DNA of 21,199 nucleotides from the NCBI RefSeq assembly GCF_006345805.1, contig NW_021823765.1, positions 1-21,199 of the forward strand. The letters are read 5' to 3'. Within the stretch, counting starts at the first letter, position 1, and each line of letters begins with the position of its first letter. This DNA is from Octopus sinensis. Lineage: Eukaryota. A program made the translations under genes and the position numbers. This document shows positions 8,236 to 19,959 of the stretch, in pieces. The notes under the pieces are model-generated. The model did not search any database. It was not told the origin of the DNA and worked only from the letters and a program-made list of their open reading frames with translations.

Positions 8236-8722
8236 TAAAAGTGGTACATTTCTAAGTTTACAGTTAAGGTAACCACATTGGTTTTATGGTTGAGCTATAG
8301 GTCACAGGTATAATATGTGAAGGGAGATAAATGAGTGACAAGAGGAGGTAGTAAAACAGTAACTAAAACAGTAAAAAAAAACAAAAAAAAACATACATAT
8401 TATGTCATGTCTTTACTCACACAGCAAAAATAGATTTTGAAATAAAAATGAAAATAAGAATTCTCTTAAGTAAACAATTGAAAAAATAATAATCAAAAAT
8501 AAAATAAGTAAATAAAACTGAATAATAACCAATACAATAGAGAAAGATTGATAAGTTAAAAAATTCTTGGACTTTAGACATATTAAATAAAAAAAAACAA
8601 AATAAACAAGATGGTAACAACAACAAGACAAGCTATCATGATTCTATGTTCATGGAAATTGAAATTGTAACCATTTGAATCAAAAACATATTCAAGAATA
8701 ATAATTTAATGGCTCGCATTAC

Positions 8723-8830
8723 AGACATGTGATTATAATGTCGCAGAAAGGAATCACAAGATGGATTCTTCAAGCCGAGTCAAATGGTAGGAGACCAAGA
8801 GGTAGAGCAAGGATGAGATGGTTGGATCAG
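8723..8830 (+). pseudogene. RTE-clade LINE ORF C-terminal remnant
   Basis: Translates RHVIIMSQKGITRWILQAESNGRRPRGRARMRWLDQ, the RTE pattern 'GHV.R....R.L....G.RPRGRP..RW.D'. Confidence 0.75.
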
Positions 8831-9550
8831 TGTATAAATATAATACACACACACAGACACACGTATATATATATGAATATAATATGAATAAATATAATAT
8901 ATAATACAGATATATATAATATATAACATAAAATATATATACATATATATACATACACACACACACATATATACATATACATGAATATAATTAGCATGTG
9001 TATATCTGTGTAGGTGTGAAGTGGTACATGGCTTAGGGGTTAGGATATAATAATAATAATAATAATGAAATTATTGTATACAGTGCTCAGGTGCACCACA
9101 ACTTGTTGTTGGACTGATGATTGTAAGATTGTGGCTGTGTTCATGAGCAAAACACTTCATTTCACATTGCTACAGTCCACTCTGTCTGAGTTCAAATCGC
9201 ACCAAGGTTGAGGTTACATTTCACTGTTTATGAAGGTTGGGAGAGGGGTTGATAAAACACCAGTAATATACCAAGGAAGAGAGTTCAGTAAAAGCAACTG
9301 CCCAACACCTGACCCCAACAAAATCAATAACTAATTGATTATCTATTAACTGATATTTCTGATCATCAAAAAGTCAATTGTATCTATTTATCCTCTGTAT
9401 TAAATTCAAACTGTGATATTTACTAGTGTAAAGAGTAATCTTGATTATAATATGACCTCAAATTCTTTCATCAGAGAACCAGGAAATATATATATTTTTT
9501 ATCCACCAGGTATTGTGTAAAGGTATGTAAAGGTGAGGCTATGGTAAATA

Positions 9551-9740
9551 GGTGCAGTCATGGCCTATAAGTATAGATGTGGACATGTAGTTAAGAATCT
9601 TGTTTCTAAAGCCATGTGGTTTTTAGGTTCATTCCCTGAGCATGGTACCTGGGTCAAGTGTATTCTACTACATCCGTAGGATGACCCAAGGCTTTTGAGT
9701 GGATTCACAGGCAGAAACTGAAAGAAGTCCCTCCCTGTAT
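9551..9740 (+). mobile_element. Decayed CORE-type SINE (family of 2422-2830), 5' half
   Basis: GGTTCATTCCC..GGTACCTGGGTCAAGTGTATTCTACTA..TTTTGAGTGGATTCACAGGCAGAAACTGAAAGAAG. Confidence 0.7.
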
Positions 9741-10099
9741 ACTAATATTGAAGCATATAAGCCCTCAATGGAAAAAAGTAGGGTTTCTGTTAAGGGCTTA
9801 TATGCCTCAAAATGCTTGGAGACAAGAAGGGTATCTAACTGCAAAAAAAAAACAAAAAAACTCTGCCTCATCACCCATGCAACGATGGAAAAAGTTAAAA
9901 TGTTGAAACGATGATGATGATGATGATGATGGCGATGTTGCTATTTTCTAATCCCAAACATTCGCCAAGTGCAATAATTCTAGCAATCAATTTTGACAGT
10001 GACATTTTTTGTATAAAATTATTCACCTCATTTACAAATAAAAGATTGCTGTCAAGCTAAGTAAAATCGCTAATCAACCTTACATACAGGTTTGTCTTT

Positions 10100-10372
10100 T
10101 ACAGGTGGTGGCGCCATGTAAAATGCACTCAGTGTTGTGTAAATGCACCCATGCTAGTGGCATGTACAAAGCATGCAGCAGACTTTGTAAAGTGGTTGGC
10201 ATTAGGAAGGGTTCCCAGCCAAAGAAACCATGCCACAACAGACAACTGGAATCTGGACAGTTAGTTCTCTGGCTTGCCAACTCCTGTCAAACTGTCTAAC
10301 CCATGCCAGCATGAAAAACAGACGTTAAATGACGACGATGACATTGACGACGATGACGTCAACGACGATGGT
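10100..10372 (+). mobile_element. (GAT)n-tailed SINE-like element, decayed, with 2-3 degenerate internal units
   Basis: CATGTAAAATGCAC, GTGTAAATGCACCC, GTGGCATGTACAAAGC, then AAGTGGTTGGCATTAGGAAGGG...AACCCATGCCAGCATGAAAAACAGACGTTAAA and a (GAC/GAT)n tail. Confidence 0.8.
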
Positions 10373-10919
10373 GATAGCAGCAACATCTTGCCACTCGTCC
10401 AGACTCAGCACAATCAGCACAAACGAATCCAATGGTTAACATTCATTAAAGGAGATCTTTTAGTAAAACGGTCAATAACCAAAATAATTCGTGTCAGGTG
10501 ATAGTTGTTTGATTCCACAATTTATCGAGGATATTGACACAGATTTTTCACAACGAAGGCAAGCGTGCATAGTAGATCTAACGACACCGAAGCAAGAATG
10601 AGACTCGGCTTTAATGAACGTATGTGTTACATCACTGAGCACTTCCTCGTTATTACCCGGCATCGCATGTCATTTTCTTATTGATCCTCCCTCTTTTTTC
10701 TTTCTTGTTTTCTCGTGATCAAAGTACAGACTATCATTCCCAAATTATAATTGACACAGAATTCATTTGTAAACTGTGGTCAATGTCCAACTCAAATATG
10801 TCTATACACAAAACTAAACCAACATACATGTAACACTGCACCCATCAACACACACATGTTCATACACACACACACACTCATTATATGCTATTAAATTTCA
10901 CACACTAATCTCAGTTTTA

Positions 10920-10948
10920 CATATATATATATATATATATAATTAGAT

Positions 10949-10989
<41 letters not shown>

Positions 10990-10990
10990 G

Positions 10991-11026
<36 letters not shown>

Positions 11027-11192
11027 CATATATATATGTATATATATATACATATATATTATATATATATACATATATATGTATATATATATATACATAT
11101 ATATATATGTATATATATATACATATATATATGTATATATAATACATATATATGTATATATATATACATATATATGTATATATATATACATA

Positions 11193-11254
<62 letters not shown>

Positions 11255-11328
11255 GTATATGTATTATATATATATATAATATATATATATATATGTATAT
11301 ATATATTATATATATATATATGTATATA

Positions 11329-11359
<31 letters not shown>

Positions 11360-11365
11360 TATATC

Positions 11366-11401
<36 letters not shown>

Positions 11402-11419
11402 GTAATATATATATGTGTG

Positions 11420-11450
<31 letters not shown>

Positions 11451-11568
11451 ATGTGTGTGTTGTGTGGTGTATATATATATATAACGGGAAGCTTTATGAA
11501 AATAAACAAAAGCGAAGCAGGTGAAAACAAACGAACAATTGTATTAGTATGGCGCTCAGGAAATATAA

Positions 11569-11601
<33 letters not shown>

Positions 11602-11705
11602 AAGGGATAAATACATATACATATATATACATATATAAATATATACAAATACACATATATATATGAGTACATATACATATATATATGTGTGTATAAATAT
11701 ATATA

Positions 11706-11737
<32 letters not shown>

Positions 11738-11765
11738 CGTATGCATGTATATATGTATGTGTGTG
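10920..11765. repeat. Long (AT)n-based compound microsatellite with short unique islands
   Basis: Direct inspection; ~20-bp higher-order units ATATATATACATATATATGT at ~11010-11180. Confidence 0.95.
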
Positions 11766-11974
11766 TGTATAAGTTTGTATGGCTGTTTTGAGTATATGCA
11801 TGTATCCGCCCGGTATGTGTATTTAAAATAAATCTTTATTTCCATCTATGTATTGAGATTTTCATCCAGTTAATGATTTGTTTGTTTTTACTATCATATA
11901 TCAATAAAAGTAGTTATCCATCACCTAATATATGTGTGTATGGTGTGTATATATATATATATACATATATATAC

Positions 11975-12023
<49 letters not shown>

Positions 12024-12087
12024 CACAAGAAATAGATATATATGCACACACACATATACCCGTACACACTCACATACATACATACAC

Positions 12088-12118
<31 letters not shown>

Positions 12119-14737
12119 CACACACACACTCACAAGAAATAGATACATATGCACACACACATATACCCGTACACACTCACATACATACATACACACGCAT
12201 ACATAAGTACACATCTTTATAGAGCTATATAGTAAGAAATGTAAAACGTCAAAAGCAAAAAGAAAAAGAGTCTACTTTACAATATAAACTACACATATAT
12301 ATCTTGAACCTTGAACTCTGAAGCTATATTTTACGTCCGTCAGCAGTCTATAATTAAAAATACAGTCAGAATTAAGGCAGAGATCAATAAAGTCAATTTT
12401 ATAGGAATTATTGAATTATCTTGGCAATATGATGATAATAATATTAATAATAATAATAATGATAATAATAATAATAATAAATGGACATCGATGCGACGGA
12501 AGCACTTGGCTGTTTTGTCTTAATTGAAATAAGGAAAAAAAATGTGAGTGTATGTGTGTGTACTTATGTATCTATTTATCTATCTGTCTTTCTATCTATC
12601 TATCTACATATGCGTGTGTGTGTGTGTATGTGTGCGTGTGTGGTGTGAAAAATGTGGGAGTGTGGTGTGTGTGTACTTATGTATCTATTTATCTATCTGT
12701 CTTTCTATCTATCTATCTACATATGTGTGTGTGTGTGTGTGTGTGCGTGCGTGTGTGTGTGTGTGAGTGTGTATATAATTTTATAGTCAACGGATGAACT
12801 CCAGAAATTCTCAGAATAGAAGACACTTAGTAGTGCTCAAACAATTCAAACTTGGACACTGATGTCTTTACAGGGGATCACTTTCACAGGATAAAGAACG
12901 GTTATAAGAAGGATCAAGTTGAGCATATGGAGGCAGTTATGCAGATAAACAAGTTAGCTATATTAATCATAGAAGTCGATGTGACTTCATTGATTTCTGC
13001 CTTAATTCTATATATAAATTTACACACACATACATACATATATGCATATATAAACCATATAAGTCAAAATGAGAGGTGAATATTTATATTTATTTTACCA
13101 CATGACAACATCCTTAGGGTTACAGTCGTTTCACAACCTTGCTCATGTCGTATTAATTTTAGTGTGGAAGAAATATGCTTACATTTTTGTAATAATATGT
13201 ATGCTCTGCATTATACAATACAATTGCATAAGAAAAGCATACACTCTGCATGGGATATTAACTAGAAGTAGGATGAGAGGAACAGAAAGGAAAAAGATGA
13301 CAGGGAGAGAGAAAGAGTAAGAACAATGAGAATGTCAGCTATAACTGTTGTTGTTGATGTCTATAATCCAAGGAGAACCATGATCCAGTGGATTTTATCA
13401 TTCAATCTATTCCAATCATGATCATTTGACATTTCCTTCTTACTTCAGACATTATCTATAACCACAATATTCCAATCTGTCTTATTTCTTGAACACTGTA
13501 GAATAAGAATTAAAGGAGATTTGGCTGCAATTTCAAGTATATCAAACGTCTACATAAGGGCACTGTCCCTCATTGGCTCATAGATGCTATCAGTGAGGGA
13601 GGGGTGGCTGTCCCTCTTATGGTCCCTCTTTAGCTCTACTTTTTTCTTTTTTTTTTTCTTTTCTTTTCTCTTATTTATTGATTCTCTTACTGGGCTATGT
13701 TTGCAGTCTGAAAATTTCACAGTCCAACAGGCATTCCAGAATGTGTCCATACTTCTTATCTTTTCTCTCATCCCTCATATAATTTTTTCCCCCCTTGCAG
13801 TGACAATGAGTACAGGCATTAACAATAACAGAAAATAGATTAAACAATACTGGGGGCGAGTTACTTCCCACATCGGCTGCCAATCAAATATCAATGTGAT
13901 TTCAGCAACAAATATGTATTATTTATATGCATATATATATTGATATAGATGTGTGTGTATGTATGTATGTCTGTATGTCTGTATATATATATATATATAT
14001 TGTCTCTGTCTGTATCAATCTAACTATATAAATATACATACTACACTGTGTGATATGCACAGCAAGTGTTATTACATAAAATGGATTTGCACAGTACCCA
14101 GTGTCACTTAACAAATCAATATTACATGACCAACTCTACTAACTGAATAAAGGGAATGGTCTGTCATTGAGAAAACTATTGGTATTCTTCGTAATAACCC
14201 TTCAAGTGAAATACACGCTCGAGTGCTTCTCAGTGAATAACCACAATCGTTGAATCCTTTAACATTTGATATATGCATATATAAATCTCTTTTCTCTACC
14301 TTTTTCACACCTGGTCCTGAATTCTTTGTGTCTCATTGTCTTGTTATTTGTTCTTTTCTAATCCTTTAATATGCCTTCTAAGCATTACCTACCATTCTTG
14401 TCCTTTCGGCCCTGAGGCTATATTTTAGGTCATTTCTTTTTTGTTTCATTTTTGCTTGTTTTTTTGCTTGTTTTGTCTTTGTCAATGACTTGAATTACAT
14501 TTATTCACTTTTGGATGTCCATTCTGTATTTGTTTTGGTTGCTCTTGGTCTTATATTCTCCAAAAACTTTCATAAGCACCACCAGCAGGGGAAGTTCTAT
14601 CTTATCAATGAAGATGCAATTTGAGTAACACCATCTGGTTGATAATTCATGAAGAATTACGGAATTTCTGTGTCTTGTCACCCATCCGATTGTACACTTT
14701 TTACCCTTTCGTTTATCTACAACACATTTTTTTCATT

Positions 14738-14741
<4 letters not shown>

Positions 14742-14777
<36 letters not shown>

Positions 14778-14803
14778 GTTGTGTATGTGTGTGTGTATGT
14801 GTA

Positions 14804-14835
<32 letters not shown>
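14742..14835. repeat. (TG)n microsatellite, alternating purine-pyrimidine
   Basis: Direct inspection. Confidence 0.95.
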
Positions 14836-14836
<1 letters not shown>

Positions 14837-15119
14837 TAGGCATATAAAACTGAATAGAAACAGAAGGATCAGTTAAAACAACAGAAACTGTATTTTCACT
14901 GTCCATGTCTACCTTGCCAGCCTTCGGACAACGGAAATAAATGTGTCATTCATACAGATTGGACACACACATGAATGGAAACAGATGCACAGGAAACTTA
15001 GTAAGCAAAGAGAAGAAACGAATATACTTAAATACACACACACACACATACGCATACACATACAAATGGATAGCAGAAGCAATCCTCAATGATATGACTA
15101 TTACTGACCATCCCATTCT

Positions 15120-15555
15120 CTCTCTCTCTCTCTTTCTCTCACTCTCTCTACATACATATATGTATACACACACACATACGCAAGTACGTACGTATGTATG
15201 TTTGTATGTATGTATATATATATATATGTGTGTGTGTGTGTATTTGCATGTATGTGTATATATACATAAATATACATGCAACATATAAATAGAAACATAC
15301 GTATGTACATCTACATATATATACTTATATGCGTGTATCTACACATAAATACTTTATATATATACGTGCGCAAACACACACACACATACATTCACTCATA
15401 GATAGATAGACATACATATATATAAATACACACATACACACATATATACATAGATATACACACACACACATATATATATATATACATATAAAGAGAGAGA
15501 GAGATTTATATATGAGTGTGTATGTACCTTTCTTCCCCCTTCTCTCTCTCTTTCC

Positions 15556-15601
<46 letters not shown>

Positions 15602-15762
15602 TACACGCACACACACACACACACTCAGTAGAATATGCCCATATGTATGTATATATACAGAGGTATGAATGAGAATCTATAATTCATATATATACATCAC
15701 ACACTCACACACACACATATATATATACATACACACACACACACATATATATATATATACAT

Positions 15763-15812
<50 letters not shown>

Positions 15813-15860
15813 CACACACACAGATATATGTGTTTGTGTGCACGTATGTATATGAGCATA
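15120..15860. repeat. Compound (CT)n/(AT)n/(AC)n microsatellites
   Basis: Direct inspection. Confidence 0.9.
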
Positions 15861-16249
15861 AATGCATGTATAATTTATGTATTTAAAACTAAGTGTAGCT
15901 GCAGACATAAATGACACACTTAAAGCGAATCAAACGAAAGGAGTACTTAGTCCTACATCCATTACTCTTCTTTGATTCTCTTTCATGTGTATCCTTTGTA
16001 TAAACTACATTCACACTTTGGTTTAAGCACAGAAGCACCCCTGTTTTACTTGCCATCATAAAATGGTCTGTCATTCCGCTTAATAATCCGGCAGTGTCGG
16101 TGTGTGGAGATGAGCTTGGACGAGTGCGTGTGTGTGTGTGTGTTGTTGTGTGTGTAGGTGTGTGTTTACGTGTGTGTGTGTAGGATTGACCTTTTGTATG
16201 TTTGTTTGTGTGTGTATGTGTGTGAGTCGAATATACGTGGATTGGTATG

Positions 16250-16750
16250 GATGCAGCTTATATATGTATATATACACACATGCACACACATATATACGGA
16301 TAAACACACACACAGAGATAGATACAGATAGATAGAGAGAGAGACATTTTTATACATACACACACATACATGTAGATATATGTATATACATTTGTTTTAT
16401 ACATATGTTTGTGTATATCTGTACATATAAATAGATAGACAGATATGTGTAAGATGCATTTAGATATGTGATATATATGTATATATATACCTATATATAT
16501 GTAGATATATATATTATATACTTATATATATATATGTATATAATATATATATATATATATATATAACAATATATATATGTCTACATATATACACACAACA
16601 CACGCACAAAGAAGAGAAGGACAGACTGAATGAACGCAAGAGTGTAAGAGAACAAGAGAGAGAGATACATACACACTCACACACACACGTATATATATAT
16701 ATATATATTATATATATATATATATAATATATATATATTATATATATATC
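16250..16750. repeat. Compound (AT)n/(AC)n/(AGAT)n microsatellites
   Basis: Direct inspection. Confidence 0.9.
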
Positions 16751-17191
16751 CACCATGTTCTGTATATGCACTGTAACTTCAAAGCAGTAGCAGAACCATT
16801 CCATAGTCTACCAAATATATCTTCTTAATACCGTTTCCATTGTATTTTGTCATTCTCATTCTTGCACAAATAACAGACACACAATAATGCATACATCCCT
16901 TTCTACTACAATTCCTCTAATTCCGGGTAGAAATACCCCAATTCATGTTGGATATATATTGCTGCACTTAATACCTAAGGAACCGTACATATAAATATAT
17001 ATATGTATGTAGATATGTGTGGAGGGGGAATGTGTTTATAGTGAGATGAAAGTGAAACAAGCTTAGTATTATAGATAACAGGGTGCAGTGTTCAAATGGA
17101 TGGGAAATTAAATTCTATAATCTGGATTTTGTACTCCATGTATACATACATCTCAAGCCTATCTGCCTTTATGTACCTTGCTACTTAAATA

Positions 17192-17232
<41 letters not shown>

Positions 17233-17359
17233 GATAGGTATCCATGCACAAAAGTCTTGGCTTTTGAGTCTGTTGCTTCTGCTAAATATGAAGAGAAATA
17301 CACATATACTCATATTTTTTTAGTTCTATTTTTTGCTCCTTGCACCATGATATCTATAT

Positions 17360-17830
17360 GTGTATATATTTGTATGTATATACACACACATATATATATA
17401 CATACACACACACACACATATATATATATATACACACACACACACATAATATATATATACACACACACACACATATATATACACAATGATATATATACAC
17501 AGAGATTATATATATGCACATATATATATACACATACATACATATATATATATATACTTATATACATATATATATATATACATACTTGTATACATACATA
17601 TATATATATAGTTATATATATATACTTATATACATATATATATATATATATATATACATACTTGTATACATACATATATATATATATATATATACATACT
17701 TGTATACATACATATATATGTATACGAACTTGTATACATGCATATATATGTATACGAACTTGTATACATGCACATATATATGTATACATACACACATAAA
17801 CATATATATACATACACACACATACACACA
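17360..17830. repeat. (AT/AC)n microsatellite grading into a 30-38 bp minisatellite
   Basis: ACTTGTATACAT occurs at 17584, 17660, 17698, 17728 and 17758. Confidence 0.9.
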
Positions 17831-17869
17831 CGTGTTACATACTGACCCAACAAGTGCTGTTAACACACA

Positions 17870-18035
17870 GAAAAAGAAAGCACACATTGAAGTGGTTGGT
17901 GTTAGAAAGGGCATCCAGTCACTTAAAACCTTGTCGCTGTAGACATTGGTGACAATGACTAGTCAGATCCTGCAAGTCTCCACCCACTTCACATATCACG
18001 CATGGCATATGGCCATCAAGCGATGATGATGATGG
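17870..18035 (+). mobile_element. 3' part of the (GAT)n-tailed SINE-like family, decayed
   Basis: AAAGCACACATTGAAGTGGTTGGTGTTAGAAAGGGCATCCAG...AAGCGATGATGATGAT. Confidence 0.7.
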
Positions 18036-18054
18036 TGATATATACATATATACT

Positions 18055-18260
18055 GATTTCAAATTTTGGCAGAGGCCCAGCAATTTCAGGGAAATTACAT
18101 CACCCCCAGAGTTCAACTGGTACTTATTTTATCAACCTTGAAAGGATGAAAGGCAGAGCAAATCTCAGTAGAATTCAAACTCAGATCGTTAAAAAAAAGA
18201 CGAAATGCCATTAAGCATTTCGCCTGGCATGCAAAAAATTCTGCCAGCTTACCGACGCCT
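18055..18260 (-). mobile_element. Meta-core SINE
   Basis: CTGGTACTTATTTTATCAACCTTGAAAGGATGAAAGGCAG..GAATTCAAACTCAG..TAAGCATTTCGCCTGGC..TTCTGCCAGCT. Confidence 0.8.
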
Positions 18261-18402
18261 TCATGTGCCTTCAAATATTAATCTTTCGTACACTAAGTCC
18301 CTGCATGTATGTAGAAAGTTGACCAAAAGAGGTAATAAACAGACAATGATATGCACTACACAACACCATCTTAAAAAAATCCAGTGCAATGCCATATACA
18401 TA

Positions 18403-18440
<38 letters not shown>

Positions 18441-18876
18441 CAGGTCATCATCGACTTACGACCTATCCGATTTACGACTGGTCGACTTTACGACGATTGG
18501 CGCGCCAGCTCCCAGCAGCAATAAGAAATAGTCCAGTTGAGATCTTATGGGTTTAATTTCTTAGAAATTAACCCATCTACAGATGATGTCAGCTAACAAA
18601 CGTGTCCCCTAGGTTTGGTTATCGATCACCACTATGTTGGATGATTATCCAGTCATGAAGACATTGAGGCAACCTCATATTTGTTTATAAATTTTTGACC
18701 AATGCCAGTATAATAGTATAATACAGAATGCTGTGTGTGACTTTTACCTGAGAATGTACCTTAAGAATATAAAAATATAAAACAAAGCTATGTAGACCTA
18801 CAGGCCGACTTACAACCAAATCGGATTATGACCAGTCAACTGGAACCAATTGTGGTCGTAAATCAACGATGACCTG
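18441..18876. mobile_element. Tc1/mariner (pogo/Tigger-like) MITE, 436 bp, both ends intact
   Basis: TA TSD (18439-40, 18877-78). 23-bp TIRs CAGGTCATCATCGACTTACGACC and reverse complement CAGGTCATCGTTGATTTACGACC, 3 mismatches. Subterminal GA(C/T)TTACGAC repeats. No transposase ORF. Confidence 0.9.
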
Positions 18877-19242
18877 TATATTATTTCAGGAGTTTTTCCT
18901 CATTCATCAGCACCCATCCAAGCCTTTTAAAAATCCAGTATGAATGGCACAAAGCCTACTCGCAGCCTGTGTGCATATATATATCATGACCATTATTATT
19001 GGCATCATATGCATTGATCCCTTTTTTCCATGCGTTCAGGGATCAAATGGAGTTCACTGAGGCAGGTTTTCTATACCAAGATGCCCATCACATTACTTTA
19101 TTTGTTTCCCACCCAGCGAGTTAACATTTCCCCCATTACCAGACACCATTCACTATTTTTGCAGAAAGCCTGGAAACAAAGTGATACCACTTGTGTACAT
19201 CATATGCTACATTACACGTACTGTAAAAGTTGTTACTTCTAC

Positions 19243-19300
<58 letters not shown>

Positions 19301-19446
19301 CTATATATATACTTATATATATTATATGTGTATATATATATATATGTGTTGTGTGGTGTGTATATATATGTATATATGTGTATATATATGTATATATATA
19401 TATGTGTGTGTGTATGTATAATATATATATATTATATATATATATA

Positions 19447-19486
<40 letters not shown>

Positions 19487-19800
19487 GTATATATATGTAT
19501 ATTATATATGTATTATATAGTATGTATATATATTATGTATATATATATATGTATATATATTGTGTATATATAATATATCTATTATGTATATATATATATA
19601 TATGTATATATGTATAATGTATCTATCTATCTATATATATTATATTATATATATATATAATATATCGAATATATATATATGTATTATATATATATAAATA
19701 AATGTGCATGCATATATATACATGTGTTGCAACACACACACACACATATTATATATATGATGTATGTATATATGTGTGTGTGTATATGCACACGCACACA
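19243..19800. repeat. (AT)n-based compound microsatellite
   Basis: Direct inspection. Confidence 0.95.
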
Positions 19801-19959
19801 CATGAAGCAAGCCAAGATGCGTAGCACGTATGTGCGCCTCTGTGTGACATCATACGTACATATCACATAATGATATTGAATAAATGATAAACTCTCTCTC
19901 CATGCTTGTGACTATTGATTGAAATTCTTATTATGACTGTTATTATTTATGTCGTCGTC

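Noticed and set aside
9048-9110. (TAA)n-associated motifs that may be LINE 3' ends (also 12455-12520)
   Set aside because: They are too short and single-copy in this window to assign a family.
14545-14610. Minus-strand GGAYESFWRI, faintly like the BEL/Pao integrase GG.WERL motif
   Set aside because: It needs frameshifts, has stops on both sides, and no other integrase motifs or LTRs are present.
17083-17799. Longest ORFs (238 aa) and all similar [12 protein letters not shown] ORFs
   Set aside because: They are translations of AT/AC/GT microsatellites, which lack stops in most frames.
18884-18910. Minus-strand CTGATGA...AGGA/TCCT-GAAA hammerhead-like core
   Set aside because: There are three extra nucleotides before stem II, and no valid NUH site with stems I and III can be built. 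The flank belongs to the MITE terminus.
19140-19169. 30-nt minus-strand micro-exon (TTCCAG|...|GTAATG); one frame reads LSAKIVNGV, like a trypsin N-terminus
   Set aside because: The IVNG frame stops two codons later if unspliced and no other protease exons are present. Such splice pairs are expected by chance in 21 kb.
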